Positions 1 through 11,432 of a stretch of DNA of 64,000 nucleotides are shown here, in pieces. The position numbers and the translations under genes were made by a program. Source of the stretch: Eledone cirrhosa (Eukaryota); assembly GCA_964016885.1 (NCBI GenBank), contig OZ024743.1:332196001-332260000 (forward strand). The letters are read 5' to 3'. The notes below the pieces were generated by a model. It had not been told where the DNA came from, did no database searches, and saw only the letters and a program-made list of their open reading frames with translations. Numbering within the stretch: the stretch's first letter is position 1; each line of letters opens with the position of its first letter.

Positions 1-1607
1 ATAGCACAGTTGATTAGGGACCGGGTGAAAATAGACGAGATGCAATTTGGGTTTGTACCAGGAAGAGTCACCACTGATGCCCTCTTCCTTGTGAGGCAGT
101 TACAGGAAAAGTACCTAGCTAAAAGTAAGCCACTCTACTTGGCATTTGTTGACCTTGAGAAAGCCTTTGACAGAGTTCCACGTGCTGTAATCTGGTGGGC
201 TCTTAGAAAACTAGGAGTAGATGAATGGCTTGTGAAAGCGGTACAAGCCATGTATAGGGGAGCAGTCAGCAAAGTTAGGATTAGCAATGAGTATAGCGAG
301 GAATTTAGCGTACAGGTTGAGGTCCACCAGGGCTCTGTTCTTAGCCCCCACCTGTTCATCCTAGTCCTGCAGACAATAACGTAGGAGTTTAAGACCGGAT
401 GCTGATGACCTCGCACTCATAGCTGAATCTATGGTAGAACTAGAGAATAAATTCCAAACTTGTAAGCAGGGACTAGAAAGAAAGGGTCTCAAAGTCAACA
501 TTCCTCAGGGAAATGGCCTTGCTCAGTATGTAGGAAAGGTGTAGGTAGGAACTCCATTCTTTGCCCCAAATGCAAACAATGGGTACACAAGAGATGTAGC
601 GGGATCTCAGGAAGCTTAATTAAGAATGTAGGCTTCACATGCAGCAGCTGTGCTGGGACAGCAAGCAGCAAACAGCCACAGGAAACAAGTACCACCAATC
701 TCTGGGAGGGCTCTGTAGAAACAGTAGACAGCTTCTGCTACCTAGGTGACCGAATTAGCAGCGGAGATGGGTGTTCAGAAAGTACAATAACTAGGGTAAG
801 AACGGGATGGAAGAAGTTTAGGGAACTACTACCACTGCTAGCTGCAAAAGGCTTCTCCCTCAGAATGAAAGGCAGACTGTATGATGCGTGCATCCGAACA
901 GCAATGTTGGATGGTAGTGAGACCTGGGCACTGAAGGTGGAAGACTTACGTAGATTAGAGAGAAACGAAGCCTGCATGCTCCGATGGATGTGTAACAGTA
1001 ATATACGTGAACGACAAAGCATAAATGAATTGAGAGAGAGACTGAGCATAAGAGGAATCAAATGCTGTGTGCAGGAGAGGCGGTTGCGCTGGTATGGACA
1101 TGTGATACGTATGAAGGATGACAGCTGCATAAAAAGGTGCAGAGCACTAGAAGTCGATGGAAACCGCGGAGTGGGGAGACCCAAGATGACCTGGGATGAG
1201 GTGATAAAAGCCGACCTTACCCAATTACACCTCTCAAAGGCGATGACACACGACCGTGACCACTGGCGTCACGCAGTAATACAGAGTACCCGACCTCCCA
1301 TGGATACAAGCTGAAGCATATAGACAATATGCCCCCACCGCAAGGTGGTCGTGGAGGTGCCACGGCAAAAAAGCACCCAGCCCACACTGTAAAGTGGACG
1401 TGTAGGCGCCACGAAAAAGCACCCAGCACTCACTGTAAATGAGGTTGGTGTTAGGAAGGGCATCCAGCTGTAGAAATCAAGCCAGATCAGTTCCTGTATG
1501 AGCAATGCATGGTCAGCCGACCAGACACTGCCCACAACAGGACAACCCGTCTAACCCATGCTAGCGTGGAAGAACGGACGTAAAACGGTGATGATGATGA
1601 TGATGAT
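1..1607 (+). mobile_element. RTE-clade LINE, family A, decayed copy running off the window start; RT, PHD-like finger, 3' UTR and (GAT)n tail
   Basis: ORFs 10-384 ([23 protein letters not shown]) and 865-1314 ([15 protein letters not shown]). Nearly identical to 20320-22000 but has a stop at 382-384 and deletions near 403 (PWELLY lost) and 501. Confidence 0.95.
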
Positions 1608-1678
1608 ATACATACATATATAGATATATGTATACATACATACATATATATATATACATACATATATACACATACATA

Positions 1679-1716
<38 letters not shown>

Positions 1717-1780
1717 CACACATATATATACACACATATATATACACACACACATATATATATATACATACATACGTACA

Positions 1781-1845
<65 letters not shown>

Positions 1846-2306
1846 GGTGGCTGCCAACTCGTTTTCGAGTACGGCCACTACTTTATATCCATGTAGGAAA
1901 ACCCCTACCGATGCGCTGAACGAGTGTGACTTTTTAGTCCAGCCAGCGACTTGAAAACTCTGGTACAAACACTACACTTGTGACAATTATTGACACATAG
2001 TGCTGGGCCCATCGTACCATGTGACGACAAGTGCAGAGAGATCTCCAGATATAAAGCAATGCCTGTGCCGTGAAGCTTTTATAGTGAGCAAAGGCACTGC
2101 ACAAAGCCAGTCCCACTCTCTTAACCAAGATGATATTTAGCAAAAAGAAGAACATGTCAACATCATTGGATACCATCAGAGTTGCAGGTGTTATATCAGA
2201 GTTTTCCTTCTCCTAGAATTCTGCCTTGACAAAGGCTAAGGGGTCATCTCTCCCATATATATATATACATACATACATACATATATATATATACATACAT
2301 ATATAT

Positions 2307-2337
<31 letters not shown>

Positions 2338-2364
2338 CATACACATATATATATATATACATAT

Positions 2365-2403
<39 letters not shown>

Positions 2404-2420
2404 CATATATATATATATAT

Positions 2421-2459
<39 letters not shown>

Positions 2460-2815
2460 CATATATATACACTGTAAATGTGGTTGGTGTTAGGAAGGGC
2501 ATCCAACTGTAGAAAACCCGCCAGACAGTCCTATGCGAGCAAGACAACACTCTTGCCTCAAGTGGGAAAACCCCCGTCCAAACCCATGCAAGCGTGGAAC
2601 ACGGACGCTAAACCTGATGATGATGATGATGATGATATATACATACATACATACATACATATTCATACATCATCATCATCATTTTACGCCCGCTTTTCCC
2701 TGCTTGCATATACATACATACATATACATACATACATACATATACTTACATACATATACATACATATATATACACACACATATATATACATACATACATA
2801 TACATACATATATAT

Positions 2816-2862
<47 letters not shown>

Positions 2863-2870
2863 TTACAATA
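1608..2870. repeat. (TA)n/(TACA)n compound microsatellites interleaved with short retroelement remnants
   Basis: Direct reading; these arrays generate the spurious YI/HT-rich ORFs. Confidence 0.9.
2470..2636 (+). mobile_element. Short retroposon fragment carrying an RTE-type 3' end
   Basis: GGTTGGTGTTAGGAAGGGCATCC box plus CCCGTCCAAACCCATGCAAGCGTGG...(GAT)n tail; the same tail recurs at 46434-46527. Confidence 0.75.
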
Positions 2871-2896
2871 ATCAAAGTTCAGTTTAAGTCATTTAT

Positions 2897-2945
2897 CTGC
2901 TTACAATTGTTTCCTCCAAACCGAGGTTTGGATTCTTCGGAGCAA
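2897..2945 (-). ncRNA. Hammerhead-like motif (minimal type I, core CCGAAGA), probably in a PLE remnant spanning ~2876-3420
   Basis: Minus strand: TGCT-CCGAAGA-A-TCCAAACC-TC-GGTTTGGA-G-GAAA-CAATTG-TA-AGCA. Stems I and II and a palindromic stem III are present. Confidence 0.55.
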
Positions 2946-3741
2946 CTATTTACTGATCTATAACATACTTGACCTCCTTTTCAACCCAAGAGACACATAA
3001 AACATATGCGCATATTGATCAACAGTGGGGTGACATTCATCAAATGGTATAGCATGGCAATTTACATATAAAGGTTACAGGATAAAAATAAAAATAAAAT
3101 AAAAACAAGGATGAAAATAAAGATAAACATGAAGCGTTGGCAGTCTATGAAGATAAAGCAAGAGGAGAGTTTAGAGTAGTCAGTGTATGAAACAGTCTCA
3201 CGTGTAGCATGCACGCGTGTCTTATTTATACATGATTAGAGTGCGTCAGAATGATATTTGCAGGGTCAGGCAGTTGAGGCAGGCAATCGATCTTATTATG
3301 TGGGCTGGATTATTAAGTCATTTATTCTCATACATCTGTATGATATATAGTCTCGGATGCAGGGAAACACCAAAATATCAAAAACTTTCCACATACTATA
3401 AACCTTATTGTAACGTAAGCATATATATATATATATACATACATACAAATATATTATATATATATAGCAAAGGTAAAACTAAATATACAAAGCTCAAAGG
3501 AAAGTATAGAATTATATATGATAGTATGTAATTGACACGTCTTTTCAGAATTAGCTCAATCTGTTTATATATTATATTGGTTTGAAGAGAAAGTCTATGA
3601 TGGAGAAGTGCAAAAATATACATATATATCATGTGTATGTATAGATATTGATTATACGTTTATTGGATGTACAACTCTCTTGAAACATGTGCAAGGAATT
3701 AAAGATGATTTAAAGCTAATTTTTCCATTTATATATTTGAT

Positions 3742-3783
<42 letters not shown>

Positions 3784-4760
3784 GTAAAATATTGATATAT
3801 AAAAATAACTTGTTGAGCAATAGCCCTTGATACAAAAAAGGTGGTAAACTATCCAACAGAGGGAACTACCATAGATATTACTGGTACAACAATTTTGATA
3901 TCTTATACAAAAAAACATTATCAGTAAAAACAATGAAATATTACTTACATTTATATTAGCAATACACAGTTGTAATAAATACTCTGACAACTGTTGTTTC
4001 AGGTTCCAAAGAAACACAATAGTTACCATAATTAAATGGATAAATATTAATGTTAAGATTAGAACTTTCATCAGTGAGCTAATCTTAATTATACAAGATA
4101 TCAACTGTCCATATATAATATACGTTTTCTGTTGGTCACAGAATAACTTCTGTGACCATGCAATGATCCCTCCCTCACTCACTCACTCTCTCTTCTGTGA
4201 CTGTTTAAACCAACTACAATAGGCATTAACAACAACAACTAAAATAACAACCTGTTTCTAGCAGGTTTAGTAACCTCATAGAGGATATGTGTTTTCTAAA
4301 TTTAAGACAGTAGGGAGTGGTGTGAACGGACAGTATCACCATCAAGCTTGGAAAGAGAAAGTAGCAGAAAGTATGAAGTTGTATAGATTTTGAATGGTAG
4401 TAGAAAGAGTTCAGCAGTTTAAATGAGAGAGAAAAATCGTAAAATATTGAGTTTTATCTATTTTTTGCGTAATTGTGGGTGAAATTGAAAAAATTATCTG
4501 CGTCAAGACGCAATCGAAACTATTTCGAATACCGAATTGTAAATTTCAATTGAAGAAATTCTATATCGTAGATTTCTATAACTAAGGAGCATGACCACAC
4601 ACTGAGCTTTATAGATTATGATTTTCTCCTCTCAGATTGACACACTTGTTGCAGCAGTCCTTCAATTTTTCTAAGCCCAAAGTTGGGCTTCCATCCAGGT
4701 CTCTGGAGCAGCGATCAAGTTAGGAACTTTTCAGCATGCCCTTATATATATTGTTCCCTT

Positions 4761-4955
4761 GCGGTGGATTGGCAGTATCGGTAGAGAGTCGGACGCCATG
4801 CTTTGACGCATAGAGTTACAGGCCTTGCCATTCTGAGTTCAAATCCCGCCGAGGTTAACTTTGCCTTTCATCCTTATGGGGTCGATAGAATAAAGTACCA
4901 GTAATGCACTGGGTAATTCCTGGCCTTGTGCCAAACGTAGAAACAATTATTATAA
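4761..4955 (+). mobile_element. tRNA-derived SINE, family 1
   Basis: A-box-like TGGCAGTATCGG, B-box GAGTTCAAATCC, body GAGGTTAACTTTGCCTTTCATCC...AGTACCAG, (ATT)n tail; more than 10 copies in the window. Confidence 0.85.
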
Positions 4956-4957
4956 TA

Positions 4958-5897
4958 TATCATCATCATCATCATCATCACCGTTTTACGTCCGTTCTTC
5001 CACGCTAGCATGGATTAGACGGGTTGTCCTGTTGTGGGCAGTGTCTGGTCGGCTGACCATGCCTTGCTCATACAGGAACTGATCTGGCTTGATTTCTACA
5101 GCTGGATGCCCTTCCTAACACCAACCTCATTTACAGTGAGTGCTGGGTGCTTTTTCGTGGCGCCTACACGTCCACTTTACAGTGTGGGCTGGGTGCTTTT
5201 TTGCCGTGGCACCTCCACGACCACCTTGCGGTGGGTGGGGGGGGGGCATATTGTTTATATGCTTCAGCATGTACCCATGGGAGGTCGGGTACCCTGTATT
5301 ACTGCGTGACGCCAGAAGTCACGGTCGTGTGTCATTGACTTTGAGAGGTGTAGTTGGGTAAGGTCGGCTTTTATCACCTCATCCCAAGTCATCTTGGGTC
5401 TCCCCACTCCGCGGTTTCCATCAACTTCTAGTGCTCTGCACCTTTTTATGCAGCTGTCATCCTTCATACGCATCACATGTCCATACCAGCGTAACCGCCT
5501 CTCCTGCACGCAGCATTTGATTCCTCTTATGCTCAGTCTCTCTCTCAATTCATTTATGCTTTGTCGTTCACGTATATTACTGTTACACATCCATCGGAGC
5601 CTTGTTTTCTTTCCTACAAACTAGTACTTTGGTCTTAACCAGGTTAATTTTAAGTCCTTTTGACTCTAGGCCGTGCTTCCATGTTTGGAATTTCTTCTCT
5701 AGCTCGGCCATTGATTCCGCTATGAGTGTCAGATCGTCTGCGTATAGGAGTTCCCATGGGCAGCCTGTCTTGAACTCCACTGTTATAGCCTGAAGGGCAA
5801 TAATAAATAGTAGGGGGCTGAGAACAGAGCCCTGATGGACGCCAACTTTTACGCTAAACTCTTCACTATATTCGTTGTTAATTCTAACCTTGCTGAT
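4958..5897 (-). mobile_element. Chimeric RTE LINE: family A 3' end (4958-5600) fused to a family B RT fragment (5601-5897)
   Basis: ORF 5264-5590 matches the family A C-terminus. ORF 5583-5951 (ELLYADD...VCRKENKAP) matches family B. Junction at GCTCC. Confidence 0.85.
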
Positions 5898-5913
5898 GTA
5901 TATATATATACAC

Positions 5914-5968
<55 letters not shown>

Positions 5969-6116
5969 CATATATTTATATATATACATATATATATATA
6001 CATACATATATACATATATATATATATACACACATATATATATACACATATATATATATACACATATATATATATATACACATATATATATATATATATA
6101 TACACATATATATATA

Positions 6117-8229
6117 TCATCATCATCATCATCATCGTTTAACGTCCATTTTCCACGCTAGCATGGGTCTGGACGGGAATTGTCCCACTTGAGGCAAGAT
6201 TGGCTGTCTTGCTCAGGACTGTCTGGCGGGTTTTCTACGGCTGGATGCCCTTCCTAACACCAACCACGTTTACAGTATGGACTGGGAGGTTTTTACCGTG
6301 TTACCTAGACGGCCACATTACTGTGTGGACTGTGTGTTTTATTGTCATGACACCTACACGTCTGGCGGGTTTTCTACGGCTGGGTGCCCTTTCCAACACC
6401 AACCACGTTTACAGTGTGTACTGGGATGTTTTTACCGTGTTACCTACACGGCCACATTACAGCGTGGACTGTGTTTTTTTTGTCGTGACACCTACACGAC
6501 CTCATTTGTTTCAGACTGGATGTTGTGGTACCAACATAACTTCACATTTAAGGGGGTGGTGTGGATGGGGTGAGGGGAGTGCGACGGGGGTGTATTTTGT
6601 TAGAGGTGTCTACTGACTGTAGGTTTCGCTTTGTACTTAGGCAAGGCGGGTCTTCTGTATAACTGTGTAGCGCCAAAGATCTCGGTCCAGTGACATTGTC
6701 TTGGAGAGGTGTAAGTGTGTGAGGTCGGAATTTATCAAGTCGTCCCAGGTTTTTCTGGGTCTGCCTACTCCGTGGCTACCGTCTATTTTTATCGCCCTGC
6801 ACTTTTTTATACAGCTGTCGTCTTTCATGCGCATCACGTGACCGTACCAACGTAGTCTTCTCTCGAGTAAACAACATCTGATCCCTCTTATTCCTAATTT
6901 CTCCCTTAGTTCGTTTATGTTTTGCCGTTCACGTATATTACTATTACACATCCAGCGAAGCATGCAAGCTTCGTTTCTCTCCAGTCTGCGTATATCCTCC
7001 GCACACAATGCCCAGGTCTCACTTCCATGTAACATTGATGTTCGTATGCATGCATCATACAGCCTGCCTTTCATTTTTAGAGAGAACCCTTTCGCGGCCA
7101 ATAGTGGTATAAGCTCTCTGAACTTTTTCCATCCCGTTCTGCCTCTAGCTACTGTACTTTCAGAGCACCCTCCCCCACTGCTGATTTTGTCACCCAGGTA
7201 ATGGAAGCTGTCCACTATTTCTATAGAACCATCTGTGCAATGGAATGAGCTAGTATTCTGTGGGCACTTGCTGCTACTTATTGCACCAGAGCACCGGCCA
7301 CATATAAAATCTATATTCTTAGTTTGCTTACCTGTGATCCCACTACATCTTTTATGCACCCATACTTTGCATTTGGGACATAAAATGGAGTTTCTGCCTA
7401 CACCTTTCCTACACACTGAGCATGGCCATTTCCCAGATGGGACTGGTGCCCTATTTTCCTTCCTACAAACTAGAACTTTAGTCTTAGACAAGTTAACTTT
7501 AAGGCCTTTTGATTCTAGGCCATGCTTCCATGTTTGGAATTTCTTCTCTAGTTCCGCCATTGATTCAGCTATTAGCGTTAGATCATCTGCATATAGGAGT
7601 TCCCATGGGCAGCCGGTCTTGAACTCCTCTGTTATAGCCTGAAGGGAAATAATAAATAATAGGGGGGTAAGGACGGAGCTCTGATAAACACCAACTTTTA
7701 CGCTAAACTCTTCACTATATTCGTTGTTAATTCTAACCTTGCTGACTATTTCTTTATACATGGCTTGTAGAGCTCTCACAAGCCATTCATCAACACCTAG
7801 TTTTCTAAGGGCCCACCAGATAATTGAGCGGGGTACTCTGTCAAAGACTTTCTCCAAGTCAACAAAGGCTAAGTATAGGGGTTTACTTTTAGCTAGGTAC
7901 TTCTCCTGTAGTTGTCGTACAATGAAGAGAGCGTCTGTTGTACTTTTACCTGACACAAACCCGAATTGCATTTCGTCTAGATCAATTCGCTCTCTGATTA
8001 GTTGCGCTATTACTTTTTCTGTGACCTTCATGACCTGGTCAATTAATTTCATGCCTCTATAGTTTCCCCTATCTAGGGCATCACCTTTACCCTTGTAGCA
8101 GTTAATGATAATGCTGCTGCGCCAGTCCTTCGGAATGACCCCATTCTGTATGACTTGGTTTACTATCCGAGTGACCATAGTGTGTCCCACCGTTCCAGAT
8201 GCTTTCAGCATTTCAGCAACTATTTCACA
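6117..8229 (-). mobile_element. RTE-clade LINE, family B, 5'-truncated, open RT ORF to the stop at 6637
   Basis: ORF 6637-8322 (the N-terminal ~31 aa come from the TA array): NYRG, QFGF, DLEKVFD, YADD, C4HC3 finger, YLG, RWYGHV. 3' UTR 6117-6636 with (GAT)n tail. Confidence 0.95.
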
Positions 8230-8462
8230 TATATATATATATATACATATATATGTATATACATATATACACATATATGTATATACATATATACACATAT
8301 ATGTATATACATATATACACATATGTATTTACATATATACACATATATATATAAACATATATATGTATATACATATATACACATATATATGTATATACAT
8401 ATATACACATATATATATAAACATATATGTATATACATATATACACATATATATATATATAT

Positions 8463-10572
8463 GTGAAAAGATGTGTGGAGATGATCATTGGGAGTGGGGT
8501 GGAGTTCAGCGATGTCGACACAGACGAACTGGGCCTCCTACTTAGACTTACCTACGACACTGACTACCTAGACAGCCATGACCTTAGACGTTTCTGCCCT
8601 AGTAGACCTATAAGAGGTAGACCCCTCACCATAACCTCAATGGCAAAAATGACTCCCATGGGAAGGTGGATTGGGTGGACCAAAGCTATACGGAACCCCA
8701 AAACAATGATCAGGTAAGAAAAATGGTCGCACATGCAATAGGGGCTAGTATCAAAACTACCCTAAAGGGCCACATATTTAAGTTCAACGAGAAGATCTAC
8801 ACCCAAAATGAGGGAGCAGCCATCGGCGTCAGCATAGCTGGTGATGTTACCAACCTTTTCATGGTATGGTGGGAAAGGAGACTTAAAGATCTCCTTAATG
8901 AGAGCTCCATAGACCTCATCATGTACTCTCGTTGTGTAGACGATATCAATATAGTTATAAGAACACCTCCACTAGAGAGCACTAACAAGTTTGATTTAGA
9001 ACGTAGCACGATGGAAAGCATCCAGCAGATAGCTAATTCCATACACCAGAGTATAACTGTAACTATCGACTTCCCTTCCAAACACCCTAACAATAGACTA
9101 CCTGTATTAGACACAGAACTCTGGATTAACACTATAGACGAGAGAGCCCAATTTCTCCACTCACACTATGCTAAACCCATGGCCTCCAAATACCTGATAC
9201 TCAAAAACTCAGCAATGTCCAGTAGTGCTAAGTTTAATATTCTGATCGCAGATTTGGTACGAGTGATGAAGAATGTGTCCCGCATGTGCGACCCAACAGA
9301 AATGGAAAGACACATCCAACACTTCATCAACCGCATGCAGTTCTCTGGCTACAACCAAAGAGACAGAGTCAGAGTATACGAAGGAGCCATGGAGAAGTAT
9401 AAGACCCTCATAGAACTGGACATGAAAGGAATTTGCCCATTATACAGGAGCAAATCATGGAATAGCTTAGATAGGGCTAGACATAAGATAGGGAAAGCCA
9501 CCTCATGGTACGACAACCAGAGATACCAGAGTGTCATGTTTGTGGACGCTACCCCTGGAGGGAAATTAGCTAACCAGTGTAGAAAGGCCCTGAGAACGAC
9601 CCACTTAAAAATAAAGGTGGTAGAAAAGCCAGGAACCACCATAAAATCCCTGATCAGCAAAACCTATCCTTTTAAGAAAACCCACTGTACCAATAGGAAA
9701 TGTATCATATGTAAGGTGAACCCCGGATAAACTGTAAAACTAGAAACGTAGTCTATAGCATAAGATGTACAGAGGGTACTTGCAGAAAGATGACAACAAC
9801 ATACATAGGTGAGACAGCTCGTAGCATAGGTGAAAGGATAGACCAACACTGTGGGGAACTAATAAGGACGAAAAAACGGGTCAGTACTATACGAACATGC
9901 TAGACAACAACATGACGGTAACATAGACAACATAGAAATTAGAATAATATCTAAACATAGAAATGACCCAGCAGATAGGCAAATCAGAGAGGCCAGTGAA
10001 ATAGAAATTAAAAGACCAAGACTAAACAGAAAGAATGAATGGAATAGCAACAACACCAAAACAAACAACACTCACCTAAGAGAAGTATAAATAAGTAAAT
10101 AAAATAAAATAAATAAATAAATACATACACAAGCACAATAACAACAAGCACATAAACACACATTAGTCACCCATCACACAGCAAACAAAACATTATACAC
10201 ACACGCAAACGCATGTGCAAAGAAGACAAAATAAAATAAACAAACAAGCAAATAAATAAATAAATATATAGACAGACTGAATAAAAATGGCGTAGACATA
10301 CAATACAACAGGAAGAAAATATAGCACCACTGACGATGTTGCAGATGTGCAACGAAAGATTTATGATAAACTATATATATGTGTTTGTGTCTATATTGTA
10401 TCTGTATTATTTTTGACCGTCGGTCAGTCAATGGCAACATTGAGGACCGAGTAAGTCAGATTACCGATATAAAAGACACAGAAGCGAGAAGCGAAAACCA
10501 CCCAAACAGTGAGTGTGTTCTGTTATTAATTCTGGCAATATTACACAAATATGACCCTCCCCAAGTATAACA

Positions 10573-10573
<1 letters not shown>
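8463..10573 (+). mobile_element. Penelope-like element, Naiad-like, 5'-truncated and frameshifted (RT + GIY-YIG endonuclease)
   Basis: QNEGAAIG, YSRCVDD, DFPSKHPNNRLPVLD, YAKPMAS, SGY, CTNRKCIIC. After a shift at ~9727: NCKTRNVVY..C..C..YIGETAR, then after a further shift SVLYEH..H, RQIREA, LNRKNEW; stop near 10090. The long insert before RT motif 4 (8463-8700) resembles Naiad. Flanked by (TA)n. Confidence 0.85.
10318..10398 (+). ncRNA. Hammerhead ribozyme motif in the 3' UTR of the Naiad-like PLE
   Basis: CTGACGA (10330) T GTTGCA-GATG-TGCAAC GAAA (10354) G-ATTTATGATAAA-C TA. Stem I is imperfect (AATATAG..CAC / GTG..CTATATT). Confidence 0.65.
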
Positions 10574-10603
<30 letters not shown>

Positions 10604-10610
10604 TACACAC

Positions 10611-11380
10611 AGGGATTTTTTGAAGGCTTTTTGAATTAACCTTTAATTGATTAGTTTCTTCCAACTTAGTAGGGATTATCAAAACTTCGTAAATTTTCTG
10701 AAATTTTTTAACTTGATCTCTGGGGTAGAAAATTTTTTTCTTTCGAAAAAAAATTTTTTCTCTCTAAGGAATTTTTTAGGAAACTTTATATTTTTATTTT
10801 TTTATTATTTTTTAATTTTTTTAGTCTCTTAATCTCTTCTGATTTGTTAGGTTTATTGGGGCTTATAAGCTTTATGCACTTATTGAGGGATTTTTTAAGG
10901 TGCTTCTACGAGGTCCCAAGTCCTTCACTTTTAATGCGTAAATTATAAATTATCTAATTTTTAACCTTCAATCCCTGACTCTTAGGCCCTTTTCAAATTC
11001 TCTTAACTCCCCATAACCCATCCCTTTTACAACTCCGACAACTAATATAAAAGAGCCCCCTTAGAATATAGACCCCAAATATACAAGCGGAGCTGCTGAT
11101 GTATACCACAATTTCAAACTGCTAATCTTGAGTGAAACGTTGATGTAAATAATGAACTTACAATCACTTGTTATATGCCTTGAAAAGTCCCACCATATGG
11201 TCGGACGAAACGGCTGTCGGCAATAAACTTGTTGTAATGTCATAATAGTTCCTTTGTTCTTTTTCATTAATATTTCTGCTCTGCTTATACGCATAGAGCT
11301 TAACTAGCTACCATCGCATATTTGGTAGGTCAGGCGTGATCATCGCGATTCACATACGACCTACCATACATCTTGCTTAT
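10611..11380 (+). repeat. 5' pseudo-LTR
   Basis: Begins AGGGATTTTTTGAAGG and ends CATCTTGCTTAT; highly similar to 15992-16761 with small indels. Confidence 0.9.
11171..11226 (+). ncRNA. Minimal type I hammerhead ribozyme, U3-A8 core variant (5' pLTR)
   Basis: TTAT-A-TGCC TTGAAAA GTCC-CACCATATGGTC-GGAC GAAA C-GGCT-G TC GGCA-ATAA; predicted cleavage after GUC at 11218. Confidence 0.75.
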
Positions 11381-11432
11381 TTAGCTCCCTCCGGTAGAGC
11401 TTAACCTTCACTGAAAAACACACCGCCCTGGG

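Noticed and set aside
2190-2245. Motif resembling an RTE 5' UTR on the minus strand (CTAGGAGAAGGAAAACTCTG)
   Set aside because: No downstream endonuclease ORF is recognisable, so no feature call is supported.
4761-4850. tRNA gene
   Set aside because: A and B boxes are present but there is no cloverleaf; it is the head of a multicopy SINE.
9660-9830. Selenocysteine recoding, as reported for some Naiad PLEs
   Set aside because: The visible linker and endonuclease cysteines are TGT/TGC, and the ORF break at 9728 is a TAA plus frameshift, not an in-frame TGA. The missing 5' part cannot be assessed.
11095-11145. Possible second hammerhead in the pLTR (CTGATGT...GAAACGTT)
   Set aside because: The core deviates and no stem I or stem II pairing was found.
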